Origin: a virus
Strand: one strand, 5' to 3'
DNA: 38,262 bases
IMG/VR virus record: IMGVR_UViG_3300008255_000063
Coordinates: 1-38,262 of that record
The notes under the pieces were generated by a model. The model saw only the letters and a list, made by a program, of their open reading frames with translations, was not told where the DNA came from and did no database searches. The translations under genes and the position numbers were made by a program. Within the stretch, counting starts at the first letter, position 1. Every line of letters begins with the position of its first letter. This document shows, piece after piece, positions 24,550 to 31,142 of the stretch.

Positions 24550-24850
24550 GATCGATTGGTTTAAGCGGACTCATAAACTCGACTACAGCATTGTCCATCC
24601 ACTCGATTTTGTAGAGCTTAAACTCTACTCTTTCGGATCCATCCATCGAGTCACTGTTTGTATACTCGATCTCTAAGCGATAGCCTCTGTCGTGTAATTG
24701 CTTTCTAAAGTGTTGAGCGGTTGCAACATCTTTAACCATGTCGACTCGGATACCGTTTTTTTCTAAAAACTGGATACATGCTTGATCTAATGCTCGAGCT
24801 CTCTCCTCACTAATGCGAGAGGCGATCTCTGTGATATCTATACCTGTCAT
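24536..24850 (-). CDS. Hypothetical protein.
   Basis: 104-aa ORF starting 2 nt after the upstream stop. Confidence 0.6.
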   Translation of the reverse strand: MTGIDITEIASRISEERARALDQACIQFLEKNGIRVDMVKDVATAQHFRKQLHDRGYRLEIEYTNSDSMDGSERVEFKLYKIEWMDNAVVEFMSPLKPIDHGTV

Positions 24851-24852
24851 AT

Positions 24853-25143
24853 TTAAAATAACTTATTAAATAACAACTCAATCTCATCGTGCCATCGAGT
24901 TTTATCGATAGATATCCCCTCACCATCTTGATTAACAATCCAATACTTTCCCTCAGTGCTTGACTCGGTAATGGTTATTTTTCCCATATTCATTACTTCA
25001 CTCCCTAACTCTGTAAAGATTTTTTTAAGGCCCTGGATGTAGGTAACCATATTAGCCATATCAGCATCCTCTATATCGTATCCACCTATAATGCTTTTTA
25101 TAGCATCAGTGATTACTATCCTCTCGTGATCTAGTGAGCTCAT
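24853..25143 (-). CDS. Hypothetical protein.
   Basis: Start taken at ATG 25143 (MSSLDHERIV...), giving 96 aa. This forms an ATGA overlap with the stop of ORF 25140..25352. The track start at 25197 would overlap that ORF by 58 nt. Confidence 0.55.
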   Translation of the reverse strand: MSSLDHERIVITDAIKSIIGGYDIEDADMANMVTYIQGLKKIFTELGSEVMNMGKITITESSTEGKYWIVNQDGEGISIDKTRWHDEIELLFNKLF

Positions 25144-25352
25144 AAAAGATTGATAGCTAACAGCACTAATAAAATGATGATCGTGTTTACTTTCCACCAG
25201 TCGAGCTGAGGGTAGTCTGAAAACTCAGAGCGTCGGCAAGTGTCGCAATACTCTTTCTTAGTACCCCAGGGTACGATCGAGCCGGTACACAAAGGATCTG
25301 GACATCGATCCAGGTAGTAGACAGCCAGTGAGTGTTTGATTTTATTGATCAT
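25140..25352 (-). CDS. Small zinc-ribbon-like protein with a C-terminal TM segment.
   Basis: 70-aa ORF with CPDPLC...CDTC followed by WWKVNTIIILLVLLAINLL. There are ATGA overlaps at both ends. Confidence 0.55.
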   Translation of the reverse strand: MINKIKHSLAVYYLDRCPDPLCTGSIVPWGTKKEYCDTCRRSEFSDYPQLDWWKVNTIIILLVLLAINLL

Positions 25353-25510
25353 AGGAGTGTTTGATTGCGTTGCTTGATGTAGATCTCTCGACCGATCTTA
25401 CCGTTAGACCAAGATCTATTGCGACTATATCCGATAATGATCGGGCCAATGATAAGCTGGATTAAGTGGAGGCCACCACCTTTAACCCTCCGGAAGTAAA
25501 CAAACTTCAT
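25349..25510 (-). CDS. Small hydrophobic protein (53 aa), below the ORF-track cutoff.
   Basis: My translation reads MKFVYFRRVKGGGLHLIQLIIGPIIIGYSRNRSWSNGKIGREIYIKQRNQTLL. ATGA start/stop overlaps occur with both neighbours (25507..25510 and 25349..25352). It fills a 154-nt gap. Confidence 0.55.
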   Translation of the reverse strand: MKFVYFRRVKGGGLHLIQLIIGPIIIGYSRNRSWSNGKIGREIYIKQRNQTLL

Positions 25511-26226
25511 AGTATCTCCAGGATATCGCTCATAACTCGATCAGCTCCTCGTCGACCATTTTGAGTAAGCTGTCGGACCCAGGCTCCACGAGTAGGACTC
25601 CACTTGAAAGCGTTGCGACGGAGGATGGAGCGGATCTCATCCTCTGGCTTGCCCTCAAAGATAAAGTGGATCCGATTGTCCTCTTTATCCTCTCGCATGG
25701 TGTAGAGATCAGTCACTACATCCGGACGGAGTGTCATCGACTCTTTACTCTTGAGCTCATCGATGCGTCGCTCTACTCGCTTGATGTTGGCGTTTGAGTT
25801 GCTGAGCATCCAAGTAGGACAAGGCTTTTCTGTATTCTTTCGACGTGACTCAGCGTTCATTGAGAGCATGGTGTCGTGTTTCTTTTTAAGCTGACCGAGT
25901 TGGACTGTGAGCTTTAAGACAGCATCCGGATCATCTGAGCTGATACCACCAGTACCGACCGCCTCAGCTCGCTGTTGAAAGAGGCTCGCTTTCTTTGAGA
26001 GATCAAAGGATTTGCCGATCTTATTAACAGCTCGTCGTCGGTATGCGATGTCTGAGCGGTATGAGTAATGATCTGGCATAACCGGCTGGCCAAAAGGTAT
26101 AGCTTTTAGAGCTGTCATCCCCTCGTCGTGGACTCGAGTCGCCTCGATACTGAGAGTTTCAGACTTAGCGAGAAGTCGCTCCTTTTTGTTCTGTTGCTTT
26201 TGCTCGTAGATGTTTAATGTTTGCAT
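25507..26226 (-). CDS. DUF3560-like protein.
   Basis: 239-aa ORF with an N-terminal coiled coil. The FGQPVMPDHYSYRSDIAYRRR segment and a C-terminal IHFIFEGKPEDEIRSILRRNAFKWSPTRGAWVRQ segment resemble, from memory, the DUF3560 architecture. Its ATG is preceded by the TGGGATAC motif. Confidence 0.5.
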   Translation of the reverse strand: MQTLNIYEQKQQNKKERLLAKSETLSIEATRVHDEGMTALKAIPFGQPVMPDHYSYRSDIAYRRRAVNKIGKSFDLSKKASLFQQRAEAVGTGGISSDDPDAVLKLTVQLGQLKKKHDTMLSMNAESRRKNTEKPCPTWMLSNSNANIKRVERRIDELKSKESMTLRPDVVTDLYTMREDKEDNRIHFIFEGKPEDEIRSILRRNAFKWSPTRGAWVRQLTQNGRRGADRVMSDILEIL

Positions 26227-26260
26227 ATTGTGTATCCCAATTACTTTTAATCTTTATTTA

Positions 26261-26289
26261 AATATAGCACACACTCGCAACCGTTGCAA
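26261..26289 (-). promoter_or_regulatory. Sigma-70-like promoter overlapping a CAACCGTTGCA near-palindrome.
   Basis: The minus strand reads TTGCAA-cggttgcgagtgtgtgc-TATATT, with a 17-nt spacer. The -10 lies 35 nt upstream of ATG 26226. Confidence 0.6.
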
Positions 26290-26291
26290 CT

Positions 26292-26324
26292 AAAAAGCCT
26301 GTGGAAATTGTCCACAGGCTTTTT
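26292..26324 (-). terminator. Rho-independent bidirectional terminator.
   Basis: aaaaAGCCTGTGGAaattgTCCACAGGCTtttt. A perfect 10-bp stem (26296..26305 with 26311..26320) is flanked by A and T runs. It lies 12 nt after the stop of ORF 26336..26689. Confidence 0.85.
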
Positions 26325-26335
26325 ATTAAAGGTTT

Positions 26336-26689
26336 TTATCGGAGGTATCTGACTCCGTAGGCATCGAGAGCTGAGGCTCCGTCATCTGGATCGTTGATGT
26401 TGCCTCGGACTCCTTTCGCTGGAGCGTTCCAGCCAGCCGGCTTGAGGATGTTACCAGTCGCACGTTCTACAAATGAGTGGACTGATCGTTGGCCAAAAGT
26501 GGTAACAATGATTTTCCAGTTCTTAGGACCCTCAGTTACTTCTACCTTTGGATATGCTGTTGGGCTATCCTTGTATGTCTCAGCAACTCGTTGCTTTACT
26601 ACCTCCTCATATCGATTGATCGGATTGACCAGATCACTACCTGTGTACCAACTTGGGAGAGTGACCGTGTTTTGTGTTGTTGTATTCAT
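26336..26689 (-). CDS. Hypothetical protein.
   Basis: 117-aa monocistronic-looking unit between promoter 26722..26750 and terminator 26292..26324. Confidence 0.65.
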   Translation of the reverse strand: MNTTTQNTVTLPSWYTGSDLVNPINRYEEVVKQRVAETYKDSPTAYPKVEVTEGPKNWKIIVTTFGQRSVHSFVERATGNILKPAGWNAPAKGVRGNINDPDDGASALDAYGVRYLR

Positions 26690-26721
26690 GGTGTAATGGC
26701 TTACTTGATTAACGTACCTAC

Positions 26722-26750
26722 ATCATAGCTTATTTATGCAACCGTTGCAA
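26722..26750 (-). promoter_or_regulatory. Sigma-70-like promoter overlapping a CAACCGTTGCA near-palindrome.
   Basis: The minus strand reads TTGCAA-cggttgcataaataagc-TATGAT, with a 17-nt spacer. The -10 lies 33 nt upstream of ATG 26689. Confidence 0.6.
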
Positions 26751-26781
26751 GTATTAGTTATACACAGAATATCCACAGCCT

Positions 26782-27387
26782 TTAATCATCGTCCTCATCA
26801 GCTCCAAAAATCTCATCCAGGATCTCAGCCTCCTCCGGAGTAACGTGATGATGAGTGTGCTTGTCGAGCTTAAACTTCTTGATAATACGGCCTTTCTTTA
26901 CGTCATAGTGTTTGATCGCTTGCATCTTAGTTTTTAGATCAGCGTTTTGTATGAGTAAGAAAGCGTGTTGCTTGTCTACAAACGCATCATTTAAATCTCC
27001 CACCTCCATTACATGATTTATATAGGCCAAAATCTGAGCAGTTTTAAGCAATCTATAAGAAGCGTTAGAGGCTACATCATAGGCTCCAGGGATCTTTAAA
27101 TTAACATTAAACGCTTTAATATAAGCTCGGACACCGTTTCCAAAAAACTCTTGATCAGATGCAAATAACTCACAAAAAAACTTTTCCTGTGGAGAGAGAT
27201 CATCAAAGTTATACTCCTCGGTGTACTGACCTCGAGCAATAAGTGTCTGGATCTTTTCAGTAATATCTTTTTTTTTCCTAGATCCTCTGATTATTTTTTT
27301 AGGTGGTTCCTTATTATCTTTAAGCTCTGGTTTTTTAAGGACCAGCTTTTTTTTAAGTTTCAGTTTTGGTTTGGTAGCCGTTGGCAT
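26782..27387 (-). CDS. Terminase small subunit-like (Terminase_2-type HTH) DNA-binding protein.
   Basis: Start taken at ATG 27387 (MPTATKPKLKLKKK...), giving 201 aa. A Lys-rich N-terminus is followed by EKFFCELFASDQEFFGNGVRAYIKAF...ASNASYRLLKTAQILAYI, which resembles the TerS N-terminal HTH signature. Confidence 0.5.
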   Translation of the reverse strand: MPTATKPKLKLKKKLVLKKPELKDNKEPPKKIIRGSRKKKDITEKIQTLIARGQYTEEYNFDDLSPQEKFFCELFASDQEFFGNGVRAYIKAFNVNLKIPGAYDVASNASYRLLKTAQILAYINHVMEVGDLNDAFVDKQHAFLLIQNADLKTKMQAIKHYDVKKGRIIKKFKLDKHTHHHVTPEEAEILDEIFGADEDDD

Positions 27388-27391
27388 AGGT

Positions 27392-27694
27392 TTAAGTGAC
27401 AGTGATCTGGACCACATCAACTAATTGAGATCCTACCACTACAGATAAGATTACACTATCCTTTGTAACTTTTGTCGAGCGTTTTACCTCCATCCCATAA
27501 ATACGCTGGACCGCATAGTGATTTTGTGTCGTCATATTGAGCGAGCTGAAAGCGACGGATCGCATCAGACTCATATCGTTATGCTTAATCACTGTCGGAC
27601 GGACCGCATACTTACCTTGTATAAAATCCACACACTGAGAAATAGCATCAATGAGCAGATGTCCTTTGGCTAGTTTTACTTTATGTAGTTCCAT
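27392..27694 (-). CDS. Hypothetical protein.
   Basis: 100-aa ORF, the first gene downstream of structured element A. Confidence 0.6.
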   Translation of the reverse strand: MELHKVKLAKGHLLIDAISQCVDFIQGKYAVRPTVIKHNDMSLMRSVAFSSLNMTTQNHYAVQRIYGMEVKRSTKVTKDSVILSVVVGSQLVDVVQITVT

Positions 27695-27722
27695 AAATAT
27701 TTTTCTTAAATGTGATCACCTT

Positions 27723-27827
27723 TCGACAGCTCTAGTCCCAGCCTCCCCACCTTTCTGTAAAGGCGACAGAGGGAGGTTACTAGCTTGTGGTGGAGTAGAG
27801 CTGTCGAGAGTGGACCACCCACTCTCT
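27723..27827 (-). ncRNA. Structured intergenic element A (candidate cis-regulatory RNA).
   Basis: It lies in the 137-nt gap 27695..27831. A 12-bp stem TCGACAGCTCTA (27723..27734) pairs with TAGAGCTGTCGA (27796..27807) and encloses 61 nt with nested CCTCCC/GGGAGG and CCTTT/AAAGG pairings. An adjacent 8-bp hairpin pairs GAGAGTGG (27806..27813) with CCACTCTC (27819..27826). It shares GGACCACC(C)ACTCTCT with element B. Confidence 0.5.
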
Positions 27828-27831
27828 GATA

Positions 27832-28050
27832 TTAGCCCTTATCGTCGTCAGCATCCGGTAATGCTGGCTGGATCGACTGTACTCCGAGCTCGATCATCTC
27901 CTTGAGATTTTCGACAACCTCCTGGATCTTACTAGGATCCTCTCCGTGTACGAGCTCCACCTTAATCTCTAAGGTGTGGATCGTCTCATTGTTGTCTGTG
28001 ACCTTGCTCTTGGCATTTACGCCTTTGAGTATTCCGTTTAGTCTGACCAT
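27832..28050 (-). CDS. Hypothetical protein.
   Basis: Start taken at ATG 28050 (MVRLNGILKG...), giving 72 aa. It overlaps the upstream stop by 13 nt. The track start at 28071 is also possible. Confidence 0.55.
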   Translation of the reverse strand: MVRLNGILKGVNAKSKVTDNNETIHTLEIKVELVHGEDPSKIQEVVENLKEMIELGVQSIQPALPDADDDKG

Positions 28051-28286
28051 GTAACCGCTTTGACAGCCCACATCTGAGCTGACTGTGCCTCAGTGATAGC
28101 GACAGAGCAGAGTCTTTTTACTTCCGGAGATTCTGACTTCTTACGCATATCATCAAGACGATCGATCACTTTGGCATAGGCTGTTTTGAGGATAAATACT
28201 TCCTCATTTTGACCAGGATTAAAAGCGAGTCCTACCGCTTTCTCACCAAAAGTCAGCTCCCTATCCCTTTTTGTATTTCCATCCAT
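28038..28286 (-). CDS. Small helical protein and candidate anti-defence sponge (Acb2/Tad1-hairpin-like; unverified).
   Basis: 82-aa ORF with VGLAFNPGQNEEVFILKTAYAKVIDRL followed by RLCSVAITEAQSAQMWAVKAVT. From memory, this FNP(S/G)...A(I/L)T..E.A.MWAVKA signature belongs to a widespread small phage family. Confidence 0.6.
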   Translation of the reverse strand: MDGNTKRDRELTFGEKAVGLAFNPGQNEEVFILKTAYAKVIDRLDDMRKKSESPEVKRLCSVAITEAQSAQMWAVKAVTWSD

Positions 28287-28318
28287 AATCGATACTTTAA
28301 CTAATAATCCCAGTTAAA

Positions 28319-28410
28319 CACTGGAGGGAGAGTAGTGATGTAAGCCATTACTTTAACCGGAGGACCTGTCGGCCAGACCCCTTATCCGGACCACCACTCT
28401 CTCGCCAGTG
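28319..28410 (-). ncRNA. Structured intergenic element B (candidate cis-regulatory RNA), related to element A.
   Basis: It lies in the 176-nt gap 28287..28462. A long-range stem pairs CACTGG-agg-GAGAGTAGTG (28319..28337) with CACCACTCTC-tcg-CCAGTG (28392..28410). An inner CCGGA/TCCGG stem is enclosed. GGACCACCACTCTCT lies at 28388..28402. Confidence 0.5.
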
Positions 28411-28462
28411 TATTACTGACGGAGCTGTGAGGCCTCCTGTAGCGATTCTACGTGCTTAAACG

Positions 28463-29050
28463 CTAGATATGCCATAAAGCCATCTGTTCTTGTGGTTTGC
28501 CATATACGGAGTCCGGCTCTACTTGTTCTAGAGGAGGTAGCTCAAACGCTGACTTGTAGCTTTCGCTTTCTGTCTTAGTAAGCTCAAGCTGAGGGTATCG
28601 ACCAGACACTATGAGTAGTGCCTCCCTCCTACACATCGCCATACGAGCGAGGATATCCTTTCGGAGTTGCTCGTGGTTTTTTACGATCTTTTGATTTTCC
28701 ATCTGAGTGTTAGCAGATCCAGTCTTCATTCGAGGCCGGTAGTACTCGAGAGTAATATCAGTCTCCTGGAGAGCTGTCTGGAACTTCCTCCACTTCTGAT
28801 CAATCGATCGGAGCATCTCCTCGCTTGTATGTCCGAGAGCTATCTTGCTACTTGTGTCCTCAATAGGCTCGAGGTTTTCAAAGATGCAGATATTACCCTC
28901 CTTAAACATACTCCCAGGGTTCATGTGTACTCCATGCTCAGCGAGACGGATTGTCCGGAGACATTCGTTAATCTCTTTTTGCTGGCTCATCTTAAAGATG
29001 TGGATCTTGATCCCTTTCCTTTCTGGTACTTGCTGTGCTGTGTCGTTCAT
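28463..29050 (-). CDS. Hypothetical protein.
   Basis: 195-aa ORF starting 2 nt after the upstream stop. Confidence 0.65.
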   Translation of the reverse strand: MNDTAQQVPERKGIKIHIFKMSQQKEINECLRTIRLAEHGVHMNPGSMFKEGNICIFENLEPIEDTSSKIALGHTSEEMLRSIDQKWRKFQTALQETDITLEYYRPRMKTGSANTQMENQKIVKNHEQLRKDILARMAMCRREALLIVSGRYPQLELTKTESESYKSAFELPPLEQVEPDSVYGKPQEQMALWHI

Positions 29051-29052
29051 AA

Positions 29053-29331
29053 CTATTTTAAGAACTTAACCCGATCACTAAAACTGTGCTCGAGTACTGC
29101 TAGTAATACTGCTCCCATGAAGTACTCTCCCTCGTGTAAGATTTGATCCATCTTACCCTGGAGATCCTCCATTGAGCCGGCCATCACATTGATGGTGCGA
29201 TGCTCTCCAATGTCCTCGTACTGTGGAGGCTTTTCTGGATCCTCCTCGTCGTTTTCTACAATCCCGATATAGAGAGTGTAGACCTTTGGCTTTGTGTAGT
29301 CCAGAGGGTTAAATGTTTTTTGTTCATCCAT
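29053..29331 (-). CDS. Hypothetical protein.
   Basis: 92-aa ORF starting 3 nt after the KH gene stop. Confidence 0.6.
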   Translation of the reverse strand: MDEQKTFNPLDYTKPKVYTLYIGIVENDEEDPEKPPQYEDIGEHRTINVMAGSMEDLQGKMDQILHEGEYFMGAVLLAVLEHSFSDRVKFLK

Positions 29332-29334
29332 AAG

Positions 29335-29613
29335 CTACTTGGTTTTATATTCTGGAACATCCAACACGAGAGATGCTCTCATGTCGTTACGCTTTCCAAC
29401 TCCGGCTAGTAATGCTCGGAGAGACTTGATTGTCGTCCCTCCTTTCCCTATCAGTGATCCAGCATCAATGTCGGACGGCTTTACTGTAAACAGTACGCCT
29501 CGTGCATCAATACTAGGACGGACTGAGAGTTTCTCCGGCTCGTCGAGTAGAGGCTTGATAGTTGATACTATCCAGTCTCGTACGAGCTCGATCTTTCGTC
29601 TCTGATCTTCCAT
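29335..29613 (-). CDS. KH-domain RNA-binding protein (YlqC/UPF0109-like).
   Basis: Start taken at ATG 29613 (MEDQRRKIELVRDWIVSTIKPLLDEPEKLSV...), giving 92 aa. The GxxG loop in SLIGKGGTTIKSLRALL and the overall length and layout match the small bacterial KH proteins. The 169-aa track version reads through a terminator and promoter region from a GTG. Confidence 0.75.
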   Translation of the reverse strand: MEDQRRKIELVRDWIVSTIKPLLDEPEKLSVRPSIDARGVLFTVKPSDIDAGSLIGKGGTTIKSLRALLAGVGKRNDMRASLVLDVPEYKTK

Positions 29614-29644
29614 AGCGATTAAGTTAAATAATAAAGCTGACAGC

Positions 29645-29674
29645 AAAAAGGCCCTCAGCCGAGGAGCCCTTTTA
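29645..29674 (-). terminator. Terminator-like hairpin in the leader of the early operon (attenuator candidate).
   Basis: The minus strand reads GGCTCCTC-ggct-GAGGGCC-TTTTT. The stem is 7 bp with one bulged A (50..56 with 61..68). It is flanked by aaaaa on one side and tttt on the other, and lies 32 nt upstream of the KH ATG. Confidence 0.55.
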
Positions 29675-29780
29675 CTATACCAGCATATGCTCTCTCTCCA
29701 CAGAGAGCAAAAAATGTACCAGATACGGCCAACGTAAGAGTCATGTTCAAACTCAAAACATTTTTTGTAAAAAATTGCAT
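29655..29780 (-). CDS. Leader peptide / small hydrophobic ORF (41 aa) ending inside the attenuator hairpin.
   Basis: My codon-by-codon translation reads MQFFTKNVLSLNMTLTLAVSGTFFALCGERAYAGIVKGLLG. The ATG at 29780 lies 3 nt after a TGGGATAC motif. The stop TGA (29655..29657) spans the loop/3'-arm junction of hairpin 29650..29668. Confidence 0.45.
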   Translation of the reverse strand: MQFFTKNVLSLNMTLTLAVSGTFFALCGERAYAGIVKGLLG

Positions 29781-29821
29781 ACCGTATCCCATACCCCAAC
29801 AGTATATACCCAGCTCTATAC

Positions 29822-29876
29822 ACAACGGTTGCACTTATCCCCACTTTTTGTTAATGTAGTAATGCAACCGTTGCAG
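29822..29876. promoter_or_regulatory. Divergent control region with two oppositely oriented copies of the CAACCGTTG near-palindrome.
   Basis: ACAACGGTTGCA lies at 29822..29833 and TGCAACCGTTGCAG at 29863..29876, with centres 42 bp apart. The minus-strand reading of the second is CTGCAA-N17-TAACAA. A possible plus-strand promoter is TTGCAC (29829..29834)-N17-TAATGT (29852..29857). Confidence 0.5.
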
Positions 29877-29928
29877 ATAGTGTATACTAGAGCTTGGAGG
29901 TAAACATTAAAAACCTAACCTCCAAACT

Positions 29929-30513
29929 ATGAAATCTGATAAACATAAAGTAGCAACGATCATTTTAATCGTTAAAGTTCTGACCTTATTACTAGCTATA
30001 AGCCTTGATGGTGGCGATCCAGTACACTACGTAGCCTCTCCGGAGATCTACACGTTTACACAACACGCTGAGGCTTCAACCGAGGCGACCATGTCTGATG
30101 AGGAGCTCTGTGGACTGGATGCTATCGTTTGCGAAAATGAGGAGCCGGTAGAGAAAGCCTTAAAAGAGATCCCTCACAAGACAGCTAAGACGGCTGAGTT
30201 GATCAAGTACCTATACGACTATGCTGAGGGTACTGATGTAAATCCAGAAATTGTCTCACGTACGATTTATTGTGAGTCTATGTGGTACAACATCAAATCT
30301 GGTTACTTCAATGAGCAAGGTATCCAGGAGGAGTCTTATGGCCTCTCTCAAATCCACTTACCAAACCACCCTCACATTACTAAAGAACAGGCTTTGGACC
30401 CTTACTTTGCTCTCCGGTTTATTGTCGATCGATGGCACGATGTCAAATGGTACGGCTACGATCGAGAGCGAGAAGTATGCACCAACTCAATCAAAGGCTA
30501 CTGGATCGATTAA
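29929..30513 (+). CDS. Membrane-anchored lytic transglycosylase (SLT-like).
   Basis: 194-aa ORF with an N-terminal TM segment (VATIILIVKVLTLLLAISL). The segment YCESMWYNIKSGYFNEQGIQEESYGLSQIH matches the SLT catalytic ES ... GL(M/S)QI pattern. Confidence 0.7.
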   Translation: MKSDKHKVATIILIVKVLTLLLAISLDGGDPVHYVASPEIYTFTQHAEASTEATMSDEELCGLDAIVCENEEPVEKALKEIPHKTAKTAELIKYLYDYAEGTDVNPEIVSRTIYCESMWYNIKSGYFNEQGIQEESYGLSQIHLPNHPHITKEQALDPYFALRFIVDRWHDVKWYGYDREREVCTNSIKGYWID

Positions 30514-30536
30514 CAAAATCTAATGGGATACACACT

Positions 30537-31079
30537 ATGAAAAGTAAAAAAAACACTATACCGCTAAAGCTCAGAGATGAGTTATCTAAGGATCAAGAGT
30601 ACGAGTACTGCTGTATAACCGGCAAGCGGAGTACTCCGGAGGATCCTATTGAGTGGCATCATAACTTAAAGTTTGCTGGCTCAAACGTCCAGGAGCGATT
30701 TTGTATCTTGCCTATTCTACAGTCAATCCACTTTAAAGCCGATAACATCAAAGTCAGAGAGACGCTGGATCGAGCGATGATCTATCGTGATACCGAGAAT
30801 AAGCTCTTTGATCCAATGGGATATGGTAAAGCGGTAAACTGGAGACAGCGAGAGATCTACCTCAACTCTATACACGGACCATACACTCCTCCAGTACCGG
30901 AGCCAAAGTCAGCGACTCGTGCTCTACCGGAAAAGAAAGAGGGATCCGGAGTTGAGCTAACTAAGCAAGAGTGGGCCATTATCTACAGCGTAAAGCGGAA
31001 ATTGGAGGAGGCACACCCTGGCCACCCTTTCTCAGCTCGTGAGGTTTTGTCGCACGTTATACACAGTTTTGAGGACTAA
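30537..31079 (+). CDS. Hypothetical protein with an HNH/DUF968-like Cys/His motif.
   Basis: Start taken at ATG 30537 (MKSKKNTIPLK...), giving 180 aa. It is preceded by TGGGATACACACT. The motif is CCITGKRSTPEDPIEWHHNLKFAGSNVQERFCILPILQSIH. The nuclease assignment is weak. Confidence 0.6.
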   Translation: MKSKKNTIPLKLRDELSKDQEYEYCCITGKRSTPEDPIEWHHNLKFAGSNVQERFCILPILQSIHFKADNIKVRETLDRAMIYRDTENKLFDPMGYGKAVNWRQREIYLNSIHGPYTPPVPEPKSATRALPEKKEGSGVELTKQEWAIIYSVKRKLEEAHPGHPFSAREVLSHVIHSFED

Positions 31080-31142
31080 ATCAGATTTTTCCGGATGTTC
31101 TATCTTTTTTCTTTTTTTAGTCCTTATTATTACTATTAGCCC

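Noticed and set aside
26292-26324. Interpreting the hairpin at 26292..26324 purely as a pair of inverted DnaA boxes, and hence as an origin.
   Set aside because: It has perfect terminator architecture: a 10-bp GC-containing stem flanked by A and T runs, directly after a stop codon. The box-like arms are noted under the origin finding, but the terminator reading is the simpler one.
29614-29844. The N-terminal extension of the KH gene to a 169-aa ORF.
   Set aside because: It would start at a GTG inside the promoter/operator region and read through two hairpins and a U-tailed terminator. The extension has an implausible Cys/Trp/Tyr/Phe-rich composition. An internal ATG at 29613 yields a full-length KH protein.
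30432-30536. The upstream start (30432) for the second plus-strand gene.
   Set aside because: It would overlap the transglycosylase gene by 82 nt and add an Arg-rich, non-protein-like peptide. ATG 30537 follows the stop of the upstream gene and the conserved TGGGATACACACT motif.
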